Source: an uncultured Alphaproteobacteria bacterium
Lineage (GTDB): Bacteria; Pseudomonadota; Alphaproteobacteria; Rhodobacterales; Rhodobacteraceae
Direction of reading: 5' to 3'
NCBI GenBank assembly: GCA_963789535.1
Contig: CAWBKU010000002.1
Span: 9,046-73,045, forward strand
DNA length: 64,000 nucleotides
The notes below the pieces were generated by a model. That model saw only the letters and a program-made list of their open reading frames with translations. It searched no databases and was not told the origin of the DNA. This document shows, one piece after another, positions 36,574 through 45,209 of this stretch. A program made the position numbers and the translations under genes. Every line of letters begins with the position of its first letter. The first letter of the stretch is position 1.

Positions 36574-38277
36574 ATGGCGCTAGAACCACCTCTCACGGAA
36601 CTTCCGATCAAGACGGCCACCAGCGGATTCTACCGTGGCTTCTCGGTCGACGTGACGATCACCTCGAAGATCATCATCGGCCTGCTGGTCATCTGGGCGG
36701 TCGCCTTTCCGGCACAGGCCGGCGACGTGCTGGGCAGCCTGAACGGCTTCATCCTCACCAATTTCGCCACCTGGTACGTCTGGGTGATGGCGGCCTTCGT
36801 GCTGGTGTGCATCCTGCTGGCGGTCTGGCCCGCGGCGGGCCGACTGCGCCTCGGACAGCCGGGCGAAGTGCCGGAGTTCTCGAACTTTTCGTGGTTCTCG
36901 ATGATGTTCGGCGCCGGAATCGGCGTCGGCATGCTGACCTGGTCTGTCGCCGAGCCGATCTATCACTTCGGCAACAACCCCGACGTCATCCAGGGGTTCG
37001 CCACCGGTGCCGGCGATGACAACCTGCTGAACGCCTACAAGTGGTCCTACCTGCACTGGGGTTTCACCGCCTGGTCGTCCTATGCGATCACCGGCATGGC
37101 GCTCGCGTATTTCGCCTATCGCCGCGGCCTGCCGCTGACGATCCGCTCCGCGCTCTCGCCGCTCTTCGGCAAGTCGCTGTCGGGTCCGCTCGGGCACGTG
37201 ATCGACATCGTCGCGGTCGTGGCGACCATCCTCGGCGTGGCACAGACCCTCGGGTTCGGCGTGAACCAGTTCATCGACGGCATGTCGCGGATCGGCGTGG
37301 GCGACTGGCTCATGGTGGCCGACGCGGCCGGCACGAACGTGCCCTCGACGCTGGGCATCCTGTTCGCGATCACGATCATCATGGCCGCCTCCACGCTCTC
37401 GGCGCTCTCGGGCGTCGGCAAGGGGATCAAGTGGCTGTCGAACATCAACATGGCCCTGTCGATCTTCCTTCTGGCGTTCCTTCTGATCTTCGGATCGACA
37501 TGGTTCGGCCTCTGGGCGCTCTTCGTGGGCATGTGGGAATACGTCCTCGCGCTGCCCTCGATGATGGTCACGGTCTACGGCGGCTCGACCGAGACCGAAC
37601 AGGCGCTGGCCACGTGGCAGGGCGGCTGGACGGTGTTCTACTGGGCCTGGTGGGTCGCGTTCGCGCCCTTCGTCGGTCTGTTCCTCGCGCGGATCAGCCG
37701 GGGCCGCACCATCCGCGAGTTCGTTCTGGGCGCGGTGATCGTCCCCTCGGTCATGTGCTTCGTCTGGTTCGCCTGGGCCGGCGGCACCGCCATCGACCTG
37801 TCGATGCAGGAGGTCGCCTCGGGTGCTGCGGCAACCTTCGGCGAGACGACGATCGGTCAGGCCACAGACGGCGGCAAGATCTTTGCGATGACCGACATCA
37901 TCCTCGGCGACGGCACCCTCGGCTGGCTGATGGCTGTCATCATCGTGATCCTGCTGATGACCTACCTCGTGACCTCGGCGGACTCTGCGGTGCTGATCGT
38001 GAACACGATCAACGCCGCCGGTGACGAGGGGCCGAAGGCGCGGCCGCACATCATCTTCTGGGGTGTGGCACTGGGGGCCGTGGTCGCGGCGTTGCTGCTG
38101 ATCGGCGGGATAAGCGCGATCCAGACCGCCATGGTGATCGGCGCGCTGCCGTTCAGCTTCGTCATGGTGCTGATGGGGATTGCCCTCATCAAGGCGATCT
38201 ACAACGACGGGCGCCGGATGAGCCAGGGTGTCGAAACCTTTGGCGAGGTCGGCGCGGCATACCAGCCCGGCCAATAG
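36574..38277 (+). CDS. BCCT family (betaine/carnitine/choline) transporter; start uncertain (36547 or 36574)
   Basis: Contains FSWFSMMFGAGIGVGML.W.VAEP and WT.FYWAWW.AFAPFVG.FLARISRGRTIREF signatures. Confidence 0.9.
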   Translation: MALEPPLTELPIKTATSGFYRGFSVDVTITSKIIIGLLVIWAVAFPAQAGDVLGSLNGFILTNFATWYVWVMAAFVLVCILLAVWPAAGRLRLGQPGEVPEFSNFSWFSMMFGAGIGVGMLTWSVAEPIYHFGNNPDVIQGFATGAGDDNLLNAYKWSYLHWGFTAWSSYAITGMALAYFAYRRGLPLTIRSALSPLFGKSLSGPLGHVIDIVAVVATILGVAQTLGFGVNQFIDGMSRIGVGDWLMVADAAGTNVPSTLGILFAITIIMAASTLSALSGVGKGIKWLSNINMALSIFLLAFLLIFGSTWFGLWALFVGMWEYVLALPSMMVTVYGGSTETEQALATWQGGWTVFYWAWWVAFAPFVGLFLARISRGRTIREFVLGAVIVPSVMCFVWFAWAGGTAIDLSMQEVASGAAATFGETTIGQATDGGKIFAMTDIILGDGTLGWLMAVIIVILLMTYLVTSADSAVLIVNTINAAGDEGPKARPHIIFWGVALGAVVAALLLIGGISAIQTAMVIGALPFSFVMVLMGIALIKAIYNDGRRMSQGVETFGEVGAAYQPGQ

Positions 38278-38280
38278 GGC

Positions 38281-38330
38281 TCGACTTCGAAATGCAGGGG
38301 CCCCGGGACGTTCCCGGGGCCTCTTTCGTT
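38281..38330 (+). terminator. stem-loop terminator after the BCCT gene, related to the double stem-loop family (copy D)
   Basis: tcgacttcgaaat core, followed by aggggccccggg-acgtt-cccggggcct and ctttcgtt. Confidence 0.5.
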
Positions 38331-38388
38331 CCGCACCGTCGTGCGCTGCCCCTTGACGGCGCGACACTCATGGCGTCACGCTTGCCCC

Positions 38389-39624
38389 ATGACACTCGAC
38401 ACCGCCTGGGTGCGCACCCAGTTCCCCGCCTTCGACACGCCCGCCCTGTCGGGCCTCGCCTTCTTCGAGAATGCGGGCGGCAGCTATGTCTGCCGGCAGG
38501 TGATCAACCGGCTGACCCGGTTCTATACCGACCGCAAGATGCAGCCCTATGGCGCCGCCGATCCGTCGCGGCTGGGGGGCGAGGAGATGGACGAGGCCCG
38601 CGCGCGTCTGGCCGCGATGCTGGGCGTCGATACCGACGAGCTGTCGTTCGGCCCCTCGACCTCGGCCAATACCTACGTTCTGGCGCAGGCCGTCGCGGGG
38701 TGGCTGGCGGCGGGCGAGGCCACCGCGGCAAAACCCGCGATCATCGTCACCGATCAGGACCACGAGGCGAATACCGGCTTCTGGCGCAGGCTCTCCGAGC
38801 GCGGTATCGAGGTCCGCGAGTGGAAGCTCGACCCGGGCACCGGTCGCCTCGAGGTCGCGGGCCTGATCCCGCTGCTCGACGGCGCCCGGCTGCTGGCGTT
38901 TCCGCACTGCTCGAACGTGGTGGGAGAGATCAACGACGTCGGCGGCATCTGCGCACTGGCGCGGTCGGCGGGGGTGCGCACAATCGTCGACGGGGTAAGC
39001 TATGCGCCCCATGGCCTGCCCGACGTGGGCGCGATGGGGGCCGACGTCTATCTCTTTTCGGCCTACAAGACCTATGGCCCGCATCAGGGCATTATGACGA
39101 TCCGGCGCGATTTCGGCGCCGCGTTGCCCAACCAGGGGCATCATTTCAACGGTGGGACGCTCTACAAGCGGTTCACCCCCGCCGGTCCCGACCACGCCCA
39201 GATCGCCGCCTGCGCCGGGATCGCCGACTATCTCGAGGCGCTGTCGGCGCACCATGGCGGACCGGGCAGCGGTGGCGGGGCCGCGCGCTTTGCCCACGAC
39301 CGGATGCGCGCCGCCGAAATCGCGCTGATGACGCCGCTTCTCGAGTATCTCGCCGCACGCAACAGCGTCCGCATCCTCGGGCCGCTGGCCCCCGAAGGCC
39401 GCGCGCCGACGATCGCCGTGGAACTGGCCGGCCCGGCGGAACCGGTGGCCGACCTGCTCGCCGAACATGGCATCATCGCGGGCGGCGGCAGTTTCTATGC
39501 GCAGCGCCCGCTGGCGGCGATGGGTATCGATCCCGACAAGGGCGTCCTGCGGCTCAGTTTCGTGCACTATACCGATAGGTCCGAGGTTGACCGACTGATC
39601 CGGGCGCTAGATCACGTGCTCTGA
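38389..39624 (+). CDS. class V aminotransferase / cysteine desulfurase-like PLP enzyme
   Basis: 411 aa from MTLDTAWV. Contains HEAN, a H.SNV.G-like motif and SAYKTYGPH.G (PLP lysine region). Confidence 0.8.
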   Translation: MTLDTAWVRTQFPAFDTPALSGLAFFENAGGSYVCRQVINRLTRFYTDRKMQPYGAADPSRLGGEEMDEARARLAAMLGVDTDELSFGPSTSANTYVLAQAVAGWLAAGEATAAKPAIIVTDQDHEANTGFWRRLSERGIEVREWKLDPGTGRLEVAGLIPLLDGARLLAFPHCSNVVGEINDVGGICALARSAGVRTIVDGVSYAPHGLPDVGAMGADVYLFSAYKTYGPHQGIMTIRRDFGAALPNQGHHFNGGTLYKRFTPAGPDHAQIAACAGIADYLEALSAHHGGPGSGGGAARFAHDRMRAAEIALMTPLLEYLAARNSVRILGPLAPEGRAPTIAVELAGPAEPVADLLAEHGIIAGGGSFYAQRPLAAMGIDPDKGVLRLSFVHYTDRSEVDRLIRALDHVL

Positions 39625-39657
39625 GGGGCGGGCGCGCCCGGCAAGGGCAGGGCACCG

Positions 39658-41079
39658 ATGACCGACACTTCCCCGATCCTGATGTGGTTCCGCCGCGACC
39701 TGCGGCTGGGCGACCATGCCGCGCTGAGCGAGGCGGTCGGTTCGGGCCGACCCGTCGTCCCGGTGTTCGTGCTCGACGAGGTGTCAGAGCGCTTCGGTGC
39801 CGCCCCGAAACTGCGCCTTGGTCTGTCGCTGGCGGCGCTCGGCGACGATCTGGCGGGCAAGGGCAGCCGACTGATCCTGCGCCGGGGCGATGCGCTGGCG
39901 ACGCTGCGCGCGCTCATCGCCGAAACCGGCGCCACGGCGGTCTACTGGTCCCGCCTCTACGATCCGGACAGCCGCAAGCGCGACGAGGCGGTGAAGGCGG
40001 CGCTGAAGGGCGACGGGGTCGAGGCGAAGAGCTTTGCCGGTCACGTCATGTTCGAGCCGTGGACCGTCGAGACCCAGACCGGCGGCCTCTACCGCGTCTA
40101 TACCCCGTTCTGGAAGGCGGTGCGCGACCGCGACGTGCCCGCGTCCCTGCCGACGCCGGGCGCGTTCCCGGCGCCGGACACATGGCCCGGGACCGACGAC
40201 CTCGATGACTGGCATCTCGACGCCGCGATGGACCGGGGTGCCGCGATCGTCGCCCCGCATCAGGTGGTGGGCGAGGCCGCCGCCTCGTCGCGGCTCGCGG
40301 CCTTCGTCGCCAATCACATCGACCACTACAAGGACCGGCGCGATTTCCCGGCCGAAGGCGTCGCCAGCGGCCTGTCCGAAAACCTCGCCTGGGGCGAGAT
40401 CAGCCCGGCCCGCGCCTGGCACGCCGGCTGGCGCGCCGTCCACGACGGCAAACGCGGCGCCGAGCATTTCCTCAAGGAGCTGGTCTGGCGCGAGTTCGCC
40501 TATCACCTCGTCCACCACACGCCGCACATCACGACCCGCAACTGGCGCGAGGAATGGGACGCCTTTCCCTGGAACGACGACGAACGCCGGGCGGAAGTTA
40601 AGGCGTGGAAACAGGGCCGCACCGGCATCCCCTTCGTCGATGCGGCGATGCGGCAGATGTATGTGACCGGCACCATGCACAACCGCGCCCGGATGATCGT
40701 GGCCTCCTACCTCACGAAGCATCTGATGTGCGACTGGCGGATCGGGCAGGCATGGTTCGAGGACTGCCTGACCGACTGGGATCCGGCGTCGAACGCCCTC
40801 GGCTGGCAATGGGTTGCGGGGTCCGGCCCCGATGCCGCGCCCTATTTCCGCGTCTTCAACCCGGTTTCCCAGGTCGAGAAGTTCGACCCCGACCACGCCT
40901 ATCTCGACGCGTGGATCGCCGAAGGGCGGGCGCGACCGGCGGCGACGGCGCTGTCCTACTTCGACGCGATACCGCGCCGCTGGACCATGGCACCGGACGA
41001 CGCCTATCCGGACCCGATCGTCACCCACGAAGCGGGTCGCAAGGCGGCGCTCGACGCCTATGAGGCGCGGAAATTCTGA
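39658..41079 (+). CDS. phrB: deoxyribodipyrimidine photolyase
   Basis: Contains ILMWFRRDLRLGDH, TG.PFVDA.MRQ...TG.MHNR.RMIVASYL and W...F.....D.D.ASN..GWQW. Confidence 0.93.
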   Translation: MTDTSPILMWFRRDLRLGDHAALSEAVGSGRPVVPVFVLDEVSERFGAAPKLRLGLSLAALGDDLAGKGSRLILRRGDALATLRALIAETGATAVYWSRLYDPDSRKRDEAVKAALKGDGVEAKSFAGHVMFEPWTVETQTGGLYRVYTPFWKAVRDRDVPASLPTPGAFPAPDTWPGTDDLDDWHLDAAMDRGAAIVAPHQVVGEAAASSRLAAFVANHIDHYKDRRDFPAEGVASGLSENLAWGEISPARAWHAGWRAVHDGKRGAEHFLKELVWREFAYHLVHHTPHITTRNWREEWDAFPWNDDERRAEVKAWKQGRTGIPFVDAAMRQMYVTGTMHNRARMIVASYLTKHLMCDWRIGQAWFEDCLTDWDPASNALGWQWVAGSGPDAAPYFRVFNPVSQVEKFDPDHAYLDAWIAEGRARPAATALSYFDAIPRRWTMAPDDAYPDPIVTHEAGRKAALDAYEARKF

Positions 41080-41124
41080 ACCTTCGCACGGGCTTGACGG
41101 GACGGCGCGAAACTTTTCTGCGCC

Positions 41125-42420
41125 ATGTCGCGTGACATTCCCGACAGCGGCGATATCTTTCCTGCTGGGGACGCGCACGGGATGCCCGGCGCAGGCATGG
41201 ATGGGAACGCGATGATCCTGACGACGACGCAGGGGCAGCAGGGTCTGCCCCGCTATTTCGGTCCGGTATTCGAGCGGCTGCGCAGCCTGCCGCGGGGGCG
41301 CGTCGACATCGTGCTGCCCGACGGGCGCCGGTTCCGCATCGACGGCGCCGAACCGGGCCATGTCGCCGAAATCACGGTCGAGAACCCCGACCTGTTCGCG
41401 CGCCTCATCCGCGAGGGCGATCTGGGCTTCTCCGAGGCCTATATGGACGGCTGGTGGTCGACGCCGGACCTTCAGGCGTTCATGGATCTGATGCACGACG
41501 GCAACGATGCCGTATACGACGGTTTCCCCGGTCAGGGCCTCGTACGGACGTGGGAGCGGCTGCGGTTCTGGCTCCAGTCCAACTCGAAGCGTCAGGCCCG
41601 CAGGAACATCTCGCACCACTACGATCTCGGCAACGATTTCTACGGCCTCTGGCTCGACGAGACGATGACCTATTCCTCCGCCATCTTCGCATCCGGACAG
41701 GAGAGCATGGAGCGGGCGCAGACCCTGAAATATGCGTCCATGGTCGACCAGATGGGCACCGAACCGGGCGACCATGTCCTCGAGATCGGTTGCGGCTGGG
41801 GCGGGTTCGCCGAATATGCCGCGCGCGAGCGGGGGCTGCGGGTGACGGGCCTGACGATCAGTCGCGAGCAGTTCAACTACGCCGTCGAGCGCATTGAAAA
41901 GGCTGGTCTTTCCGATCTCGTGACGTTCAAGTTGCAGGACTATCGCGACGAGCGCGGCACCTATGACGGCATCGCCAGCATCGAGATGTTCGAGGCGGTC
42001 GGCGAGAAATACTGGCCCGCCTACTTCAATGCCGTGCGCGAACGGCTGAAGCCGGGCAAGAACGCGACCTTGCAGATCATCACCGTCGCCGACCGGCGGT
42101 GGGAGGTCTACAAGCGGGGCATGGATTTCATCCAGAAATTCATCTTTCCGGGCGGCATGCTGCCCTCGCCTCTGGCCCTGCGCGCAGAGGTCGAACGGGC
42201 CGGCCTGTCGGTGGCGCGCTCGGTCGAATTCGGCGAGAGCTACAGCCAGACGCTGCGCCGCTGGCACGACACCTTCAACGCGAAATGGGACCAGGTGGCG
42301 GCGCTTGGCTTCGACGCGCGGTTCCGGCGGATGTGGAACTTCTACCTGACCTCTTGCGCCGCGACATTTCATAGCGGAAACTGCGACGTGACGCAGATCA
42401 CGGTGAGCCGTCGCGCCTGA
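41125..42420 (+). CDS. cyclopropane-fatty-acyl-phospholipid synthase family SAM-dependent methyltransferase (start uncertain)
   Basis: Contains HYDLGNDFY..WLD..M.YS, LEIGCGWGG, S.EMFEAVG and CAA.F motifs. Confidence 0.88.
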   Translation: MSRDIPDSGDIFPAGDAHGMPGAGMDGNAMILTTTQGQQGLPRYFGPVFERLRSLPRGRVDIVLPDGRRFRIDGAEPGHVAEITVENPDLFARLIREGDLGFSEAYMDGWWSTPDLQAFMDLMHDGNDAVYDGFPGQGLVRTWERLRFWLQSNSKRQARRNISHHYDLGNDFYGLWLDETMTYSSAIFASGQESMERAQTLKYASMVDQMGTEPGDHVLEIGCGWGGFAEYAARERGLRVTGLTISREQFNYAVERIEKAGLSDLVTFKLQDYRDERGTYDGIASIEMFEAVGEKYWPAYFNAVRERLKPGKNATLQIITVADRRWEVYKRGMDFIQKFIFPGGMLPSPLALRAEVERAGLSVARSVEFGESYSQTLRRWHDTFNAKWDQVAALGFDARFRRMWNFYLTSCAATFHSGNCDVTQITVSRRA

Positions 42421-42469
42421 CGCCGCACCGACACGCCGGGGATACCGGCGGGCAGGGAGGGCAGGGCAT

Positions 42470-42910
42470 ATGCTGACGATGGGACGGCTGGTGGCGGCGG
42501 TGCTGTTCGCGGGCTTGGCGTGGTACGCCTCGCAACTCATCATTCCGCGTTTTCCCGAAGGGTTCGCCCCCGGCCGCTTTGCCGAGGTGAACGCCCTGAT
42601 CGCGATGCCGGTCGCCTGGAAGATCGCGGGCAGCCGCGCGGGTGACGGCTGGGCGGCATCGCTCAGCTACGGTCTGACCACGACGGTGGCGATGGTCGTG
42701 ACCTGCCTGTTCCTCCAGTCGTTCGGCGAGATGATCCGCCAGTCGCTCAAGGACCGCTACGACGGCCCGATCAGCGCCGTCACCGACGTGTTCGAGATGA
42801 TGGTCGAGTTCGGGCAGTTGATGATCGAGCCGACGATCATCGGCGTGCTGGTCGGCGGCGGCATCATCGCGGGACTTCTCGTCGAGATCACCGGCCGCAA
42901 TTTTCGCTAG
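42470..42910 (+). CDS. trgA: TrgA family membrane protein (tellurite-resistance locus)
   Basis: 146-aa multi-TM protein directly upstream of a GGCT-NUDIX gene and cysK. This is the arrangement described for Rhodobacter sphaeroides trgAB-cysK (from memory). Confidence 0.65.
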   Translation: MLTMGRLVAAVLFAGLAWYASQLIIPRFPEGFAPGRFAEVNALIAMPVAWKIAGSRAGDGWAASLSYGLTTTVAMVVTCLFLQSFGEMIRQSLKDRYDGPISAVTDVFEMMVEFGQLMIEPTIIGVLVGGGIIAGLLVEITGRNFR

Positions 42911-42943
42911 GGCGGGTCGCGCCATCGTTTCGCCCGGTATCAT

Positions 42944-44077
42944 ATGACACAAAGACCGATTTTCCTGTACGGCACGTTGCGCCATGACCCGATCTTCGCG
43001 TCCGTCGCGCGCCGTTTTTCGGAAGGGGCGCCAGGCAGCAGGGTCGATGCGGCGCTGTCCGGCCACGGGGTCTTCGAGGCGCCGGACGGCCTGCCGATGC
43101 TCGTCGCGATGCCGGGCGAGGTGGCGCCCGGCCACCTCTGGCGGGGTCTCGACGGGGCGAGCACCGCGCGGCTCGACCGCTACGAGATACCCTTTGGCTA
43201 TGCCCGTCGCCCCGTCACCGTCGCGACCGCGGAGGGTCCGGTCGCGGCGGACGCCTATTTTCCGCCACGCGATGCCGCCATCACGGATATTCCGTGGTCG
43301 CTCGATCGCTGGGTGACCGCGCATTTTCCGGTCGCCTATCAGGTGGTGCGCGAACTGGCGGGTCACGACCCGGAACTGAGCGGGGACGAATTGGTGCGCC
43401 AGTGGCCGATGATGCGCGCGCGCGCCGAGGCGGTGAGGCGCACATCTCAGAGCGACCGCCCGGCGACGGTGCGCCGCGCGACGCACGAGGGCGACTTCGG
43501 CGTGCGGCGGGCAGGACCGCTGTCGGGCGATTTCTTCAAGCTGGCGCGCATGGACCTCGACCACGAACGGTTCGACGGCAGCCGTGCCACCCTCCTGCGG
43601 CGCGAGGTCTTGGTGGGCGTCGATGCGGCCCTGGTCCTGCCCTATGATCCGGCGCGCGACCGTGTCCTGATGGTCGAACAGATCCGTGCCGGCCCTGCAT
43701 GGCGTGGCGACCCGAACCCCTGGACCCTCGAACCGGTCGCGGGCATCGTCGACGGCGGCGAGACGCCCGAACAGGCCGCCGGTCGCGAGGGAATGGAAGA
43801 GGCCGGACTCGCGTTCTTCCATCTGGAGCGGATGTTTGCGGCCTATCCGTCGCCCGGATCCTCGACCGATTTCTTCCACTGCTTTCTCGGCCTGACCGAT
43901 CTGCCGGACGACACGGCCGGGCGCGGCGGCCTCGCGTCCGAGGGCGAGGACATCGCGCTGCACCGCCTCGCCTTCGCCGATGCGATGGTCCTGGCGAAGA
44001 GCGGGGAGATCACCGCGTTGCCGCTTCTGGGGATGCTCTACTGGCTTGCCGCGCACCGCGACCGGTTGCGCGCCTGA
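42944..44077 (+). CDS. trgB: gamma-glutamylcyclotransferase-like + NUDIX hydrolase fusion (TrgB-like)
   Basis: The N-terminus LYGTLRH is AIG2/GGCT-like. The C-terminal NUDIX box is G.VDGGE.PE.AA.RE..EE.G. Confidence 0.7.
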   Translation: MTQRPIFLYGTLRHDPIFASVARRFSEGAPGSRVDAALSGHGVFEAPDGLPMLVAMPGEVAPGHLWRGLDGASTARLDRYEIPFGYARRPVTVATAEGPVAADAYFPPRDAAITDIPWSLDRWVTAHFPVAYQVVRELAGHDPELSGDELVRQWPMMRARAEAVRRTSQSDRPATVRRATHEGDFGVRRAGPLSGDFFKLARMDLDHERFDGSRATLLRREVLVGVDAALVLPYDPARDRVLMVEQIRAGPAWRGDPNPWTLEPVAGIVDGGETPEQAAGREGMEEAGLAFFHLERMFAAYPSPGSSTDFFHCFLGLTDLPDDTAGRGGLASEGEDIALHRLAFADAMVLAKSGEITALPLLGMLYWLAAHRDRLRA

Positions 44078-44174
44078 GGCGTGGCCTGCTTGAGTTCGCG
44101 GCGCGCGCCGCCTAGACAAGGCGACACGCCGGAGGACCATGCGCCGCCCCGTCGCGGCCGCGAAAGGACACATT

Positions 44175-45209
44175 ATGCCGATCCATCCCGACCTCGCCGC
44201 CGCCGTCGGCAACACGCCGCTGATCCGCCTGCGCGCGGCGTCAGAGGCGACGGGCTGCGAGATCCTCGGCAAGGCCGAATTCATGAACCCCGGCCAGTCG
44301 GTCAAGGACCGCGCCGCCCTCTACATCATCCGCGACGCGATCGCGCGCGGTGCGTTGAAACCGGGCGGCACCATCGTCGAGGGCACGGCGGGCAATACCG
44401 GCATCGGTCTGGCGCTGGTTGGCGCCTCGCTCGGGTTCCGGACGGTGATCGTGATCCCCGAAACGCAATCGCAAGAGAAGAAGGACATGCTCCGCCTCGC
44501 CGGGGCCGACCTGATCCAGGTGCCCGCCGCGCCCTATCGCAACCCCAACAACTACGTGCGCTATTCGGGGCGGCTGGCCGAGAAGCTGGCCGAAACCGCT
44601 GAAAACGGCGTCGTCTGGGCGAACCAGTTCGACAACACCGCCAACCGGCAGGCCCATATCGAGACGACGGGCCCCGAGATCTGGGAACAGACCGGCGGCA
44701 AGGTCGACGGGTTCATCTGTGCGGTGGGCTCGGGCGGCACGCTCGCCGGGGTGGCGGCGGCGTTGCAGACGAGGGGGGTCAAGATCGGCATCGCCGACCC
44801 GGACGGCGCGGCGCTCTACGATTACTATACGAAGGGGGAACTGGCGTCGCACGGCGATTCGATCTCCGAAGGGATCGGGCAGGGCCGGATCACCGCCAAC
44901 CTCGAGGGGCTGACGCCCGATTTCGCCTACAACATTCCGGATGCCGAGGGTCTGCCGATCTGTTTCGACCTGCTGGCACACGAGGGTCTCTGCATGGGTC
45001 TGTCGACCGGCATCAACGTCGCGGGCGCGATCCGTCTGGCGCGCGATCTCGGCCCCGGCCGTACGATCGTGACGATCCTGTGCGACTATGGCACCCGCTA
45101 TCAGGCCAAGATGTGGAACCCTGCGTTCCTGCGCGACAAGGGGCTGCCGGTGCCCGGCTGGCTCGACCGCGGCCCCGGCGCCATTCCGGGTGTGTTCGAG
45201 GACGCCTGA
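44175..45209 (+). CDS. cysK: cysteine synthase A (O-acetylserine sulfhydrylase)
   Basis: Contains GNTPL.RL, the NPG.SVKDR PLP lysine, TAGNTGIGLA and GSGGT. Confidence 0.93.
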   Translation: MPIHPDLAAAVGNTPLIRLRAASEATGCEILGKAEFMNPGQSVKDRAALYIIRDAIARGALKPGGTIVEGTAGNTGIGLALVGASLGFRTVIVIPETQSQEKKDMLRLAGADLIQVPAAPYRNPNNYVRYSGRLAEKLAETAENGVVWANQFDNTANRQAHIETTGPEIWEQTGGKVDGFICAVGSGGTLAGVAAALQTRGVKIGIADPDGAALYDYYTKGELASHGDSISEGIGQGRITANLEGLTPDFAYNIPDAEGLPICFDLLAHEGLCMGLSTGINVAGAIRLARDLGPGRTIVTILCDYGTRYQAKMWNPAFLRDKGLPVPGWLDRGPGAIPGVFEDA

